Shown: positions 51,312 through 61,143 of the stretch, piece by piece | How the letters are laid out: every line of letters begins with the position of its first letter | Numbering within the stretch: position 1 is the stretch's first letter | Assembly: GCA_027339965.1 (NCBI GenBank) | Contig: DAHWNL010000078.1 | Location: 1-64,000 of the forward strand | Direction: 5' to 3' | Length of the DNA: 64,000 nucleotides | DNA from: Granulicella sp. | GTDB lineage: Bacteria > Acidobacteriota > Terriglobia > Terriglobales > Acidobacteriaceae | Notes under the pieces: model-generated | The model's input: only the letters and a program-made list of their open reading frames with translations | What the model was told of the DNA's origin: nothing | Databases searched by the model: none | Made by a program: the position numbers and the translations under genes

Positions 51312-52754
51312 CTAGGCGTTCGCAGACAGGGAGTGAGGTTCGACGTCGAAGATCATGGGATCGGGGTTGGAGAAAAACTTCCGGTGCAAGGAGCGGAGAG
51401 CTTCGTCCACATCTTCTTCATTGATCATGAAGCTCATATTGATCTCGCTGGCGCCCTGAGAAATCATGCGGACGTTGATGTGGGAGATCGAGGAGAAGAC
51501 TTGGCCGGAGATGCCCGCCTGACCGCGGATGTCTTCGCCTACCAGGCAGACCAGCGCCTTGTTGCCCTCATATTTGACGTCGGCGATCTTCCGCAACTCC
51601 GTGCAGATCGCCGGAAGAGCCTCGCGGGAGTCGACGGTGACGGAGACGGAGATCTCAGAGGTGGAGACCATGTCAATGGCGCACTGATGCTTGTCAAAAA
51701 CATCGAAGATAGATTTGAGGAAGCCATGGGCCAGGAGCATGCGGCTGGCCACGATGTCGATGATGGTGAGCTTCTTTTTGACCGCAATGGATTTGAAGGG
51801 GCTGCTGCAAGGGGGCGGCGTGGCCGTGATCCGGGTGCCCTCATTCTCGGCGTTGCGGCTGTTGAGAACGTGGACCGGAATGTTCTTCTGAACCGCAGGG
51901 AGAATGGTGGCCGGGTGCAGGACTTTGGCCCCGAAGTAGGCCAACTCGGCTGCCTCTTCAAAGCTGATGGTCTTCACGCGCAGGGCCTCGGGGACGATGC
52001 GCGGGTCGGCGGTCATGATGCCGTCGACATCGGTCCAGATCTCAATGGCGCCGGCGTGCAGTCCGCCGCCGACCAAGGCTCCGGTATAGTCTGAGCCGCC
52101 GCGGCCCAGCGTGGTGGTGATTCCATTGCAGGAGCCGATGAAGCCCCCCATGACGGGAACTTGCCGGCGTTCGACCAGGGGAAGGACGCGCTCAAGGAGC
52201 GCAACCCGGATCGCCTCCTCCTGCGGAGCCGCCTTACCGTGGTGGCTATCGGTGAAGATGACCGTCCGCGCATCAACGTGAACGCTGGGAAGCGACTGCT
52301 CTAAGAAGGCGGCCGAGACCAGTAGCGAGGAGATCCGTTCGCCAAAGCTGACCACGTTGTCCGAGGAGCGGGCCGTGAGCTCGCCAACCGCCGCGATGCC
52401 GCGGAGGAGGTCGTCCAGGGCATCAAACTCATGATGGATGTTGAGCTGCAGCAAATTGAGGCGGTCGCCATGGCCGCCGGAGTTGGTGAACAACTCCGCC
52501 GCGGTGTTGAGATGGCGCGTACGCAGACTGTCAGAGAGCTGCAGCGCCTCTTCCCGCGCGTTACGGCCGGAGGCGGCGGCGGCGGCCAGCAACGTGTCCG
52601 TAACCCTGGCCATGGCGGAGACGACCACGATCGGGCTCAGACCTTTGCGCCTGCGGCCGGCGACAATGGCGGTGGTGCGGCGGATGGCGTCCGCATCTTC
52701 CACTGAGGTGCCACCAAACTTCATGACGACGATTTGACGGCGCGGCGTGCTCAT
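51312..52754 (-). CDS. lysC: Aspartate kinase (lysine-sensitive AK-III type)
   Basis: KFGGTSV, VVSAM, TLGRGGSD, WTDVDG and FGAKVLHP motifs; two ACT domains. Confidence 0.96.
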   Translation of the reverse strand: MSTPRRQIVVMKFGGTSVEDADAIRRTTAIVAGRRRKGLSPIVVVSAMARVTDTLLAAAAASGRNAREEALQLSDSLRTRHLNTAAELFTNSGGHGDRLNLLQLNIHHEFDALDDLLRGIAAVGELTARSSDNVVSFGERISSLLVSAAFLEQSLPSVHVDARTVIFTDSHHGKAAPQEEAIRVALLERVLPLVERRQVPVMGGFIGSCNGITTTLGRGGSDYTGALVGGGLHAGAIEIWTDVDGIMTADPRIVPEALRVKTISFEEAAELAYFGAKVLHPATILPAVQKNIPVHVLNSRNAENEGTRITATPPPCSSPFKSIAVKKKLTIIDIVASRMLLAHGFLKSIFDVFDKHQCAIDMVSTSEISVSVTVDSREALPAICTELRKIADVKYEGNKALVCLVGEDIRGQAGISGQVFSSISHINVRMISQGASEINMSFMINEEDVDEALRSLHRKFFSNPDPMIFDVEPHSLSANA

Positions 52755-52884
52755 GAAATCCGTCCTCTCGCAACTCCTCCAGAACAGGCACGCCGGCCTC
52801 CCTCAACGGGAAGCAAGCTGAGCAGCAAGACGAAGGCACAGCTCGGCGTCGAGCAGCGGCGGTCTGCAGAAAAGGCGTCGAGGC

Positions 52885-54042
52885 TCATACGGATATCAGC
52901 TCCGCGGAGGCATTTCCAGATCCGACAGGGGGAAAATCGCGAAAATCGAACTTGCCCAGGACGGCCAGAATCTCGGCGTTGAGAACGGCGGCGCCGGCGG
53001 CGCCGCGTATGGTGTTGTGCGAGAACAGGGTGAACTTCCAATCAAACAGGTTGCAGGGGCGGAGACGGCCGACCGTAGCGGTCATACCGTTGCCTCGCAT
53101 CAGGTCCAGGCGCGGCTGCGGGCGGGCGTCTTCAGGGGCGTATTCGACCGGGAAGAGAGGAGCGGAAGGAAGATGAAGCCCATTGAATCCTTTGCCGCTG
53201 AGCGGCTGAAACTCCCGCCAGGCCTCTAGAATCTGCTCCCGGGTAGCAGGCTTCCGCAGCTTGATGCTGACGCACTCGGTGTGGCCCTCCAACACGGGGA
53301 CACGGTTGCAGTGCGCAGAGACCGTGATGGGCGCGGGTTGGAAGCCTGAGCTGGTTGCCGAACCGAGCAGCTTGGCCACCTCCTCCTGTAGCTTCTCCTC
53401 CTCATTCTTGATATACGGAATGACATTGGCGAGGATATCCAGCGAGGGCACGCCGGGGTAGCCCGCGCCGCTGACGGCTTGCATGGTGGAGACAAAAAGC
53501 TTTTCGATGCCGAAGTGAGCCTCCAAGGGAGCCAGGGGAAGCACCAGACCGATGGCGCTGCAGTTCGGATTGGTGACGATGTAGCCGCCCGAAGGCCCGC
53601 CGTTTGTTTGGTCCTTTGACCTCCGGCGAGTAGGTTGCTGCTCAAGAATGGCCAGGTGCCCCAGATTGACCTCGGGAACGACGAGCGGTACGTCGGAAGC
53701 CATGCGGAAGGCAGAGGAGTTGGAGATGACGGCGCAGCCGGCGGCGGCAAAGAGCGGCTCCAGTTCTCGCGCGACAGGGGCGTCTACCGAGGAGAAGAGA
53801 ATGCGAGGAAGACCAGGACCTGCGGTCGAAGGAGTGTTGGGCTGCAGGACCATGTTGGCGATTCGTTGCGGCAGCGGGGTATCCAGACGCCAGGCGCAGG
53901 CCTCGCCATAGGTCTTGCCGGCGCTGCGGTCGCTGGCTGCCAGCCATGCGATATGAAACCAGGGATGATTCTCCAGAAGCTGGATGAAGCGCTGCCCCAC
54001 CATGCCGGTAGCGCCAAGAATTCCGACGTCTCTTCGTTCCAT
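52885..54042 (-). CDS. asd: Aspartate-semialdehyde dehydrogenase
   Basis: GATGMVGQ, NPNCS (catalytic Cys), MQAVSGAG and HNTIRGAAG motifs. Confidence 0.96.
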   Translation of the reverse strand: MERRDVGILGATGMVGQRFIQLLENHPWFHIAWLAASDRSAGKTYGEACAWRLDTPLPQRIANMVLQPNTPSTAGPGLPRILFSSVDAPVARELEPLFAAAGCAVISNSSAFRMASDVPLVVPEVNLGHLAILEQQPTRRRSKDQTNGGPSGGYIVTNPNCSAIGLVLPLAPLEAHFGIEKLFVSTMQAVSGAGYPGVPSLDILANVIPYIKNEEEKLQEEVAKLLGSATSSGFQPAPITVSAHCNRVPVLEGHTECVSIKLRKPATREQILEAWREFQPLSGKGFNGLHLPSAPLFPVEYAPEDARPQPRLDLMRGNGMTATVGRLRPCNLFDWKFTLFSHNTIRGAAGAAVLNAEILAVLGKFDFRDFPPVGSGNASAELISV

Positions 54043-54249
54043 CTCTCAAGAATAACAAGACCGGGCAGTGGAAGATAACAGAACCGGAACAGTGCGAGGT
54101 CAAGGCTGGGATAGAAGGTACGGCTCGGCCGGGCGCGGGTTCTCCGGCTGGCTCGGGATGCGAGCCTTCCCTGCAGACAGAGGTCTAGCTGGCCGCGATG
54201 GAGCCAGGTCCGGGCAGGGCTACCGGGAGACACCCTGAGCGCCTGCATC

Positions 54250-54561
54250 TCACTCGGTGTAATTGACCCGGTGCCGGGTGTAAGCCTGGGAGCCGCCACC
54301 GCCCCAGGCGCAGACCAAAGCGACTGCGTGAATCAAGAACCAGAGGCTGATGCCTTGATCCGCATAGATCCAGAACAGGATGAGCAGACGCGGGACCAGT
54401 AGCATAACGATCACCGGGATGACGCCCACCACGGATGGAATGTAGCGCGCCATGTCATGTTGCATCCATGCAACGGCGATGCAGATGCGCGGTAGAAACA
54501 GAGACAGAATCAGAAACCAGAGAGGAATGGCGTGCGTCGCGAGGTTCAGATGGATGGTCAT
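54250..54561 (-). CDS. Small hypothetical membrane protein
   Basis: 103 aa with three hydrophobic segments and a repeated LPR/VPR motif; co-oriented with its neighbours. Confidence 0.65.
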   Translation of the reverse strand: MTIHLNLATHAIPLWFLILSLFLPRICIAVAWMQHDMARYIPSVVGVIPVIVMLLVPRLLILFWIYADQGISLWFLIHAVALVCAWGGGGSQAYTRHRVNYTE

Positions 54562-54689
54562 GGAAGAAATAGCTCCGGAGCGTCAGACGCAGGCTGTGCC
54601 GCGCAGACGAATTTTCGAACTGCAAGAACGAGACCCGAATTCTCTTCGACCGAAGCGAAGCGGCGCTTGATCGACTTATGGAGCTGGGC

Positions 54690-55457
54690 TTACCTGGCGG
54701 AGAAGTTAAAGTTGGCTGTGCTGACGGCTCCTCGCGTGACCGTAATCTGGACGTCCTGTTCCCCCAGCTTTTCCTGCACTGCCGCCAGAGTATACCTACC
54801 TTCGGGAAGGTCCGTGATGTGGAAGGCCCCGTCGGAGCCGGTGACGTCAAACCATGGGTTTGGGGCTACGTTGATGAAGGCGCTCATCCATGGGTGGTAG
54901 CTGCAGCGGACCGGGATCATGACCTCGGGCGTTTTGAAGGTCTCTGTGCGAGGCGCGGAGTTGGCTAGCTCGGAGAAATTTACGGAGGGGTTGCCCGCCT
55001 GGGTGGGAACGGTGGTAATGTTGTGGACCGTGGCGTCAGAGTTGACAAACTCGACCGAGCCGCCCTGCTGTACTGCCACCACATGAGGAATGTAAGAGCA
55101 GCCTCTCTGATCAAGCACCACCGGTGGGGCGCCGGCGGATAAAACACGGTTCGGCACTCCGGATTTAACGTAAACGTAGACGTTGGCCAGACGATGGTGG
55201 TTGACGACCACCTGCTCGGTGTAAATGGGCAGGTTCGCCTGATAGCACCCTGGATCGGCAGATACGTTCAGGCCAATGCGCGGCGGTGCCTTGCCCGTAA
55301 AGGATATGACACCGGAGACTCCACCGGCCTCCGAGGCGGGTGTCAAGGGCGCCGGATGATGATCTCTGGCCGGCGCAGAGAGCGAGGAGCTTTGCCTGCA
55401 GCCGCCCAGCGCCAGAGCGAGCGGCCAGAAGAGAAGAAAAGTAGCGCGAAAAGTCAC
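54690..55457 (-). CDS. Lipoprotein with cupredoxin-like and carboxypeptidase-regulatory-like domains
   Basis: LALGGC lipobox; LDQRGC.Y.PHV, NSD..VHN and CSYHPWM motifs. Start overlaps the nrdR stop codon. Confidence 0.75.
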   Translation of the reverse strand: MTFRATFLLFWPLALALGGCRQSSSLSAPARDHHPAPLTPASEAGGVSGVISFTGKAPPRIGLNVSADPGCYQANLPIYTEQVVVNHHRLANVYVYVKSGVPNRVLSAGAPPVVLDQRGCSYIPHVVAVQQGGSVEFVNSDATVHNITTVPTQAGNPSVNFSELANSAPRTETFKTPEVMIPVRCSYHPWMSAFINVAPNPWFDVTGSDGAFHITDLPEGRYTLAAVQEKLGEQDVQITVTRGAVSTANFNFSAR

Positions 55458-55981
55458 GATGTTGATTTGGATGCTGCCGAGGAGTGGAGGGTGGTAGGAG
55501 CGCTTGAGGGAAACCTTTGGCGATGGCTTTTATTGCGAAGCAGATCCTCCAGTTCCATTTTGAACTCGTTGACGTCCTTGAAGTCCCGATAGACGCTGGC
55601 GAAGCGGATGTAAGCCACCGTGTCAATCTCCTTCAGGCGGGCCATGATTAGCTCGCCAATGGAAGCTGTGGAACGCTCTCGTTCGTTGGACTCGGCGACG
55701 AAGGCTTCGACAGCATCAACGATCTCCTGCATCTGCGAAACCGAGACCTTGCGCTTCTGGCAGGAGTGGAGCAAGCCGGTAAGAACCTTTTGGCGGTCAA
55801 AGTTTTCGCGGCGGCCATCTTTTTTCACCACCATATAGGGGATCTCGTCGAGGCGTTCGTAGGTCGTGAAGCGCTTGTGGCAACTTACACACTCACGGCG
55901 GCGGCGGATGGAGTCGGCATCCTTGCTCTCCCGGCTATCAATCACTCTATCTTCGATGAAGCCGCAGTAGGGGCATCTCAT
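55454..55981 (-). CDS. nrdR: Transcriptional repressor NrdR
   Basis: MRCPYC...VIDSR...RRRREC..C..RFTTYE, ATP-cone and AYIRFASVY motifs. Confidence 0.97.
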   Translation of the reverse strand: MRCPYCGFIEDRVIDSRESKDADSIRRRRECVSCHKRFTTYERLDEIPYMVVKKDGRRENFDRQKVLTGLLHSCQKRKVSVSQMQEIVDAVEAFVAESNERERSTASIGELIMARLKEIDTVAYIRFASVYRDFKDVNEFKMELEDLLRNKSHRQRFPSSAPTTLHSSAASKSTS

Positions 55982-56171
55982 GGCTGCCTTGATTCTAGTG
56001 CACCTTTCCCATGAATGGGCTCACGGAAACCGGCGCGGAGCGGCGTTCGGCCGGAAGACGCTGCGCGATCTGGGAGGTCTGGGGTGGGCCGGGAACCGAA
56101 ATGCCGTGTGCCGGGGAGGAGGTTCCCAAGGTAGAGGAATGGACAGCAGGAGTCGCGTCCGGCTGGCAGCG

Positions 56172-57269
56172 TCACTCCGCTCCGGGTGTCACGCCTTCCC
56201 GTCTCGCTTCCTTCAGGGAGATGCCTTGCATCTGGGCGGCCAGCAGGCCCGCGGGGATCACGGCAAGATTGCCAACCACCAGGATGACCGCGCCGCAGGC
56301 CGTTGCCGTCTCCAGCGGGACATTGAAAAAGCCGCGCAGGGCGGCGGCCAGAAGGGCGATCTGGGTAAACCAGCCCAGAATGGGAAGCTGCAGAAGTGAT
56401 CCTCCCAGACTGGTGGCCAGCAGCAGCATGGTGGCCGCAAAGCTCAGGTCGGCCAACTCCGGAGTGGCGCGGAACGCGTGGGCGGCGGATAGATACATCA
56501 CAGCAATGATGAGCCACATGAAAAGGGAGATTGCCAGGGCGGCGAAGAACTCGCTCAGGGTAGAAACAATGCGCAGGCCATGGCTGAACTCCAGAATTCG
56601 CTCTGAGCTCGTGTGGGCCAGGCTCCCCGAGATGGGGCGCAGCGCTCGCCGGGCCATGGAGGCTACATGACGGCCGGCCAGACGCAGGGAGGTCGCAAAG
56701 ACAGCCAGAAAAAGGGTGGCTGCAAGCGAGACGGCTCCGGCGCGGGCAAAGGCCTCATGGTGCGGCATGTTGCGGGGAGCCAGCGCCAGCGTGATGGAAA
56801 AGATCATCGCGGCTGAGGCCAGATCGAAGGCGCGCTCGATGGAGTAGACCGCAAGTTGCATAGCCACCGGGGTGTGAAGGCGGCGAGCGATCAGATACGG
56901 GCGTCCCAGGTCGGCAAAGCGGCCGAAGAGACCGACGATGGTAAAACCGATGAGCTGGGGCGCGAACATCTCTTGGGTCGATGTCTGGTGCAGCGGGGAG
57001 AGCAAAACTCTCCATCTCCAGGCGCGCAACCAATAGCCAAGGTAGGTGCAAGCGAAGGCCAGAAGGATCAACGGTAGAGAAACGAAGCGAAGCTGATGGA
57101 CCAGGGATCGCCAGCTAAAGTTGATGTGTCCGCGCGCCATCCAGACACAGAGTGCCAGCAGCGCCAGCAGCGCAGAAAGCAAGGTGCGTGGAGGAAATCC
57201 GCGTCTTCCGGATGTCGCCGGTTCAGAGTCAGGCTTGGCGATGTTGGGCGGCCTCCTGAGTGATTCCAT
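56172..57269 (-). CDS. Lysylphosphatidylglycerol synthase TM-domain (UPF0104) protein
   Basis: LRAWRW, IGF..GRFADLGRP and ERAFD motifs; multiple TM helices. Confidence 0.82.
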   Translation of the reverse strand: MESLRRPPNIAKPDSEPATSGRRGFPPRTLLSALLALLALCVWMARGHINFSWRSLVHQLRFVSLPLILLAFACTYLGYWLRAWRWRVLLSPLHQTSTQEMFAPQLIGFTIVGLFGRFADLGRPYLIARRLHTPVAMQLAVYSIERAFDLASAAMIFSITLALAPRNMPHHEAFARAGAVSLAATLFLAVFATSLRLAGRHVASMARRALRPISGSLAHTSSERILEFSHGLRIVSTLSEFFAALAISLFMWLIIAVMYLSAAHAFRATPELADLSFAATMLLLATSLGGSLLQLPILGWFTQIALLAAALRGFFNVPLETATACGAVILVVGNLAVIPAGLLAAQMQGISLKEARREGVTPGAE

Positions 57270-58219
57270 CAGGGCGCGCCATTTGCGGCAAAGGTGTTGG
57301 CCGATGGATCAGGGGCAGCGGCAGCCGCTTGGCCAGGCAAGACATCCCCGCCCGCATTCGGCAGAGCGGCAAATGAACCGGTTGTCGCGCCCTCCGCAGA
57401 GTTGTGGACCTGGCCTTCGCTGGGGCCGATTACGGGTGAAGCGGACAGCGCGCGTTGCAGAGCCAGCTTGCGTCGCATGAACTCTCTTAGGACGCGGTTG
57501 ACGTAAGCCCGGGTCTCAGGATACGGGGGCACGGCATGGTAACGGTCAACCGCGGCTGGTCCGGCGTTGTAGGCAGCTAAAGCAAGGGCGAGGCCATGTG
57601 CGTCGTTATGGGAATCGTAACGGTCCAGAAGCTGATCCAGATAGGCTGCGCCACCAGTGATGTTCTGATCGGGGCGAAAGGGGTCCTGGACGCCGAACTG
57701 TTTCGCGGTTCCAGGCATAAGCTGCATCAGACCCTCAGCCCCGGCTCGCGAGACCGCGTCGGCGCGGCCGTCGCTCTCCGCCTGGACGATGCTGGCCAGC
57801 AGCGCTGCATCGATGCGATGCTGCCTGCCGGCGGTTGAGAGGAGTTCAGGAATGTCGGCTGGAATCTGCCTGGCGTCGGTTGCAGATACTGCGCTGCGGG
57901 GCTGCGCCGATCTGGAGGGAGTTGCACCCGGCCGTGGAGGATCGGGCAGGGTTTGAATTCTGACGATCAAGCGGCTGGAGATATCGATGAAGTCGCCGGA
58001 GTGCGGAGCGAGAAAAAACAGACGAGTGCGGTTGCCATCCACCGACTCATATCTTGCGCAGTCATAGGAAAAACCATTGCTCAGCGTAATCCGCTGGAAG
58101 GCGTGCGCAGGGGTGCAGAGCTGCGCTCCCAACAGGGCAAGGAGAGCCGCGATCAGAGGGGAGGAATCTAAGCGGATACGGCTTGGTCGATGACGACGCA
58201 CTGAACTTGAGACTATCAT
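57269..58219 (-). CDS. Lytic transglycosylase (SLT domain)
   Basis: AES (catalytic Glu), GAEGLMQLMP.TA, ALAAYNAG and PPYPET..YV motifs. Confidence 0.9.
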   Translation of the reverse strand: MIVSSSVRRHRPSRIRLDSSPLIAALLALLGAQLCTPAHAFQRITLSNGFSYDCARYESVDGNRTRLFFLAPHSGDFIDISSRLIVRIQTLPDPPRPGATPSRSAQPRSAVSATDARQIPADIPELLSTAGRQHRIDAALLASIVQAESDGRADAVSRAGAEGLMQLMPGTAKQFGVQDPFRPDQNITGGAAYLDQLLDRYDSHNDAHGLALALAAYNAGPAAVDRYHAVPPYPETRAYVNRVLREFMRRKLALQRALSASPVIGPSEGQVHNSAEGATTGSFAALPNAGGDVLPGQAAAAAPDPSANTFAANGAP

Positions 58220-58320
58220 TCAGAGTTTAAAGGCAGCAATGGGCCCAGGAATGGCAGCATCCGCAAGGGAACTAGTTTAGGAATCTAGTTCAGCCCGGCG
58301 GTCATCTTGTGTCAGGGAGC

Positions 58321-58506
58321 ATGGCAATGCGTTGTCCAACTTGCACAAAAGGCAGAATGTACCGGTCGAGACAGACGATGATTGACCGACTCCTTTTCAG
58401 CCGTTTCGGAATCTTTCCCTGGCGCTGCCATCGCTGCCGCGCAAGGGTGCGGCTGCGAGTTCGAGAGGAGTACCACAGCCGCCCCCAGCAGATCTGGATG
58501 GGCTGA
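58321..58506 (+). CDS. Small zinc-ribbon-like protein (61 aa)
   Basis: CPTC...PWRCHRC; AGGGAG RBS; fills the gap between the SLT and HAD genes. Confidence 0.6.
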   Translation: MAMRCPTCTKGRMYRSRQTMIDRLLFSRFGIFPWRCHRCRARVRLRVREEYHSRPQQIWMG

Positions 58507-58597
58507 TGGAGCCGTCTTTCGCCGCGCCTTGAGACCGAGTGAGAAGACCCGTCCTGATCTCCCCGCGCGCGGGAGGAAGATCCCATTCAAATCACTT

Positions 58598-59542
58598 TCA
58601 CGCAGGAGAGCCCGCGAAAGCTGCTTCAATGGCGGTGGCCACGCCGTCATCATCGTTGCTGGGAAGAAGGGTCCATCCGTTGGCGATCGCAAGAGATCGC
58701 AGGTCTTCGGGAGCGTTGCACATCAGGGCAGGTTCACCGGCAAGACGCAGCATCGCCAGGTCGTTCCAGTTGTCGCCGATTGCCATAATCTCTGCACAAC
58801 CAATGCCGCGAAGGTTGGCTAGGCGCTCAAGAGCGGAGGCCTTGGAGCATCCCGCGGGCAGGATGTCCAGAAGCGTCAGATCCGTCTCCGGGTAGGTGGT
58901 GCGGTGCAGCGCGGCTTCAGCGTCCTCGTGACCGGCGTGAGAAGCCTCCGAAGATAGCTCCTGGTCGCCAACCGCGATGACCCGGGGGTGGTGAACCAAA
59001 TGTGCCTCAGCCCGCTGCATAGGTTCGATAGGACCGCACAGCATCATCTGGATCGGCAACTCCCTGCCCGGTTGCAGCGCCGCTTCTATGGGATTTGCTT
59101 GCAGGATGTACTGTCGGTTGGCTCGCATCCAGCGACCGATGCTGGAGTGGATCTGGTCGATATTCTGGACGATGAGGGCGCCGCGGGAGTCGTTCCCATC
59201 TGGACCCGTCAGGTCAAAGGTGAGAACCAGACCGTTGCGGTAGTCGTTCAGGTAATCGCAGAGCCAAAGCGCCGTGGAGAGCTGCAGGTGCGAGCGGTGA
59301 ATGAGATCCGAGCTCAACGCTCGGATCACGGCGCCGTTGGAGCTGATAACAGCCGAGCCGGGCTTGAGTCCGAGATCGCGCAGCGCTTGCATTGCGAAGC
59401 TATGACGGCGGCCCGTGGAGATGACGATCTCCGCGCCCGAATTCTGGGCAAGCTCCAGCGCCGAGCGGTTGCGAGAGCTCACCTGGCCGGAAGAGTTCAG
59501 GAGCGTTCCATCGAGATCGAGGGCGATGAGGCGGGGCAGCAT
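58598..59542 (-). CDS. Cof-type HAD hydrolase
   Basis: DLDGTLL, STGR, SSNGA, SKA.AL and GDNWNDL motifs. Confidence 0.92.
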   Translation of the reverse strand: MLPRLIALDLDGTLLNSSGQVSSRNRSALELAQNSGAEIVISTGRRHSFAMQALRDLGLKPGSAVISSNGAVIRALSSDLIHRSHLQLSTALWLCDYLNDYRNGLVLTFDLTGPDGNDSRGALIVQNIDQIHSSIGRWMRANRQYILQANPIEAALQPGRELPIQMMLCGPIEPMQRAEAHLVHHPRVIAVGDQELSSEASHAGHEDAEAALHRTTYPETDLTLLDILPAGCSKASALERLANLRGIGCAEIMAIGDNWNDLAMLRLAGEPALMCNAPEDLRSLAIANGWTLLPSNDDDGVATAIEAAFAGSPA

Positions 59543-59645
59543 CCACGTCTAGGGTAGCCCATAACCGGAGTTGAGAGCCTGGGGCTCGGGGAACGGGAGC
59601 ACTCTTGATGGGCGCCGGGCGCTGAAGTTGAGTAGGATGATGCGT

Positions 59646-60836
59646 ATGCCTTTGATGGCTCATCTGGAATGCATTCGCTGTCGGCATCAGGTCTCCATGC
59701 AGATGCCACCGGCGGTGGCAATTCCCCCGTCCGTCTGCCCTGTGGATGGCGGCACGCTGCTGGTCCGCTATGACATGCAGGCGTTGCGCATCTGGGCGCG
59801 TCGGGAGAAGTCCGCGGAGTTGGCTGCGCGGCCGGGTCACAGCCTGGGTATGTGGCGCTACGCTGAGGTGCTGCCGGAGGTGACGCCAATCTCCTTGGGC
59901 GAGGGTTGGACTCCCTTGCTGCAGAGTCGGCGCCATGCCCGATTGTTGATCAAGGATGAGGGCTTCAATCCCACAGGAACAGCCGAAGCCAGGGGAGTGG
60001 CCATGGCCGTCTCCCTGGCAGTGGGCTCTGCCGGCGGGCCGCAAGAGCGTCGGCCTCTGGCGGCTCTGTCCGTGGCGACGGCCGCCTACGCGGCCGCCGC
60101 GGGAAGGAAGGCCCATCTGTTTCTGCCCCGGGATCTGTCGCCCGAAAACGAACTGCACGCGGTGTTGTACGGCGCCCAGGCACACCTTGTGGATGGTCCA
60201 AGGGAGCAGTGCCAACGGCAGCTGGAGCAAGAGATGAACGTGCGGCGAACGGCGCGGGATGGGATGAAAGAGCTCTGGATTGACCTCTCCGCGCCACTCC
60301 ATCCGTTTCGAGTGGAGGGCGACAAGACCTTGGGCTATGAACTGGTGGAGCAGATGGGCTGGACGTACCCCGACGCGCTGCTCTGGCCCGCAGGCGATGC
60401 AATAAGCTTGATTGGCGTCTGGAAGGCATTTGAAGAGATGGAGGCGTTGGGATGGGTGGTTGGAAGACGTCCCCGCGTGTATGTGGGAGAGATCGCGGCG
60501 GGAAGGTTCGCGGCAGAGCTGGACAGTGGCTCCCTGGAGATCGTCGTGGCATCGGGCGGAAAAGTGGTGAAGCAGGACGAGCGGAAGATGCTGGCAGCGC
60601 TTTCGGATTTTGCCCGGCGGGATGGCGTTTTTCTTTCGCCGCAGGGAGCGGCGACTGCAGCCGCGTTTGAGTTGCTTGCCGGCAACCGCGAAATTCGATC
60701 GGACGAGCGCAGCGTGTTGGTGAATCCCTCCGCAGCCTGGAGGGATGACGATGCGTTACGCGCAGCAAGTCCTCTGCTCAGGCTGGGAAGACTCCCTACC
60801 TCTCTGCCGGTAGGTGGAATCATCACACCGGTTTAG
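59646..60836 (+). CDS. Threonine synthase-like protein lacking the PLP lysine
   Basis: Zn-ribbon N-terminus, MWRYAEVLP, SLGEGWTPL, KDEGFNPTGTAEARG, EGDKTLGYE and GGIITP motifs. Confidence 0.8.
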   Translation: MPLMAHLECIRCRHQVSMQMPPAVAIPPSVCPVDGGTLLVRYDMQALRIWARREKSAELAARPGHSLGMWRYAEVLPEVTPISLGEGWTPLLQSRRHARLLIKDEGFNPTGTAEARGVAMAVSLAVGSAGGPQERRPLAALSVATAAYAAAAGRKAHLFLPRDLSPENELHAVLYGAQAHLVDGPREQCQRQLEQEMNVRRTARDGMKELWIDLSAPLHPFRVEGDKTLGYELVEQMGWTYPDALLWPAGDAISLIGVWKAFEEMEALGWVVGRRPRVYVGEIAAGRFAAELDSGSLEIVVASGGKVVKQDERKMLAALSDFARRDGVFLSPQGAATAAAFELLAGNREIRSDERSVLVNPSAAWRDDDALRAASPLLRLGRLPTSLPVGGIITPV

Positions 60837-60949
60837 AGCGTTTTCAGTGTTGATGGGTACACCGGAGAGGGCGTGCAGTGCCGTTTTCATTGGGGAAAAC
60901 GCCCAGGGAAGTGGAAGTGTTTGCTTACACTTACACTGAAAATGCTCTA
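60834..60949. mobile_element. MITE-like element, copy 2 (116 bp)
   Basis: Terminal inverted repeats TAGAGCGTTTTCAGTGT / ACACTGAAAATGCTCTA match at 16 of 17 positions. TA at both ends; the left TAG is the stop codon of the thrC-like gene. Confidence 0.8.
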
Positions 60950-61143
60950 GCGGAGGCAGTACGTCGCAGCGGAGGATGACGATGGGTTCGCAAGCTGCTC
61001 CGGGATCAGCCGCAGCCGGGCACGGCGGCGGGCGCTGAAACTCGTTTCGAGAGCCTCCGACGAAACTGGGTGATTGAGGGCATGGGACTGTCCAGATTCG
61101 CGGAGAGCTTGGAGTCCAGGGTTCGCCGAGCGTGACCGTCGCG

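Noticed and set aside
51225..52094. Long antisense ORFs (e.g. 51225-52094, 11973-13025, 35632-36537, 46131-47240)
   Set aside because: Shadow frames opposite well-supported genes in GC-rich DNA, with no recognisable motifs.
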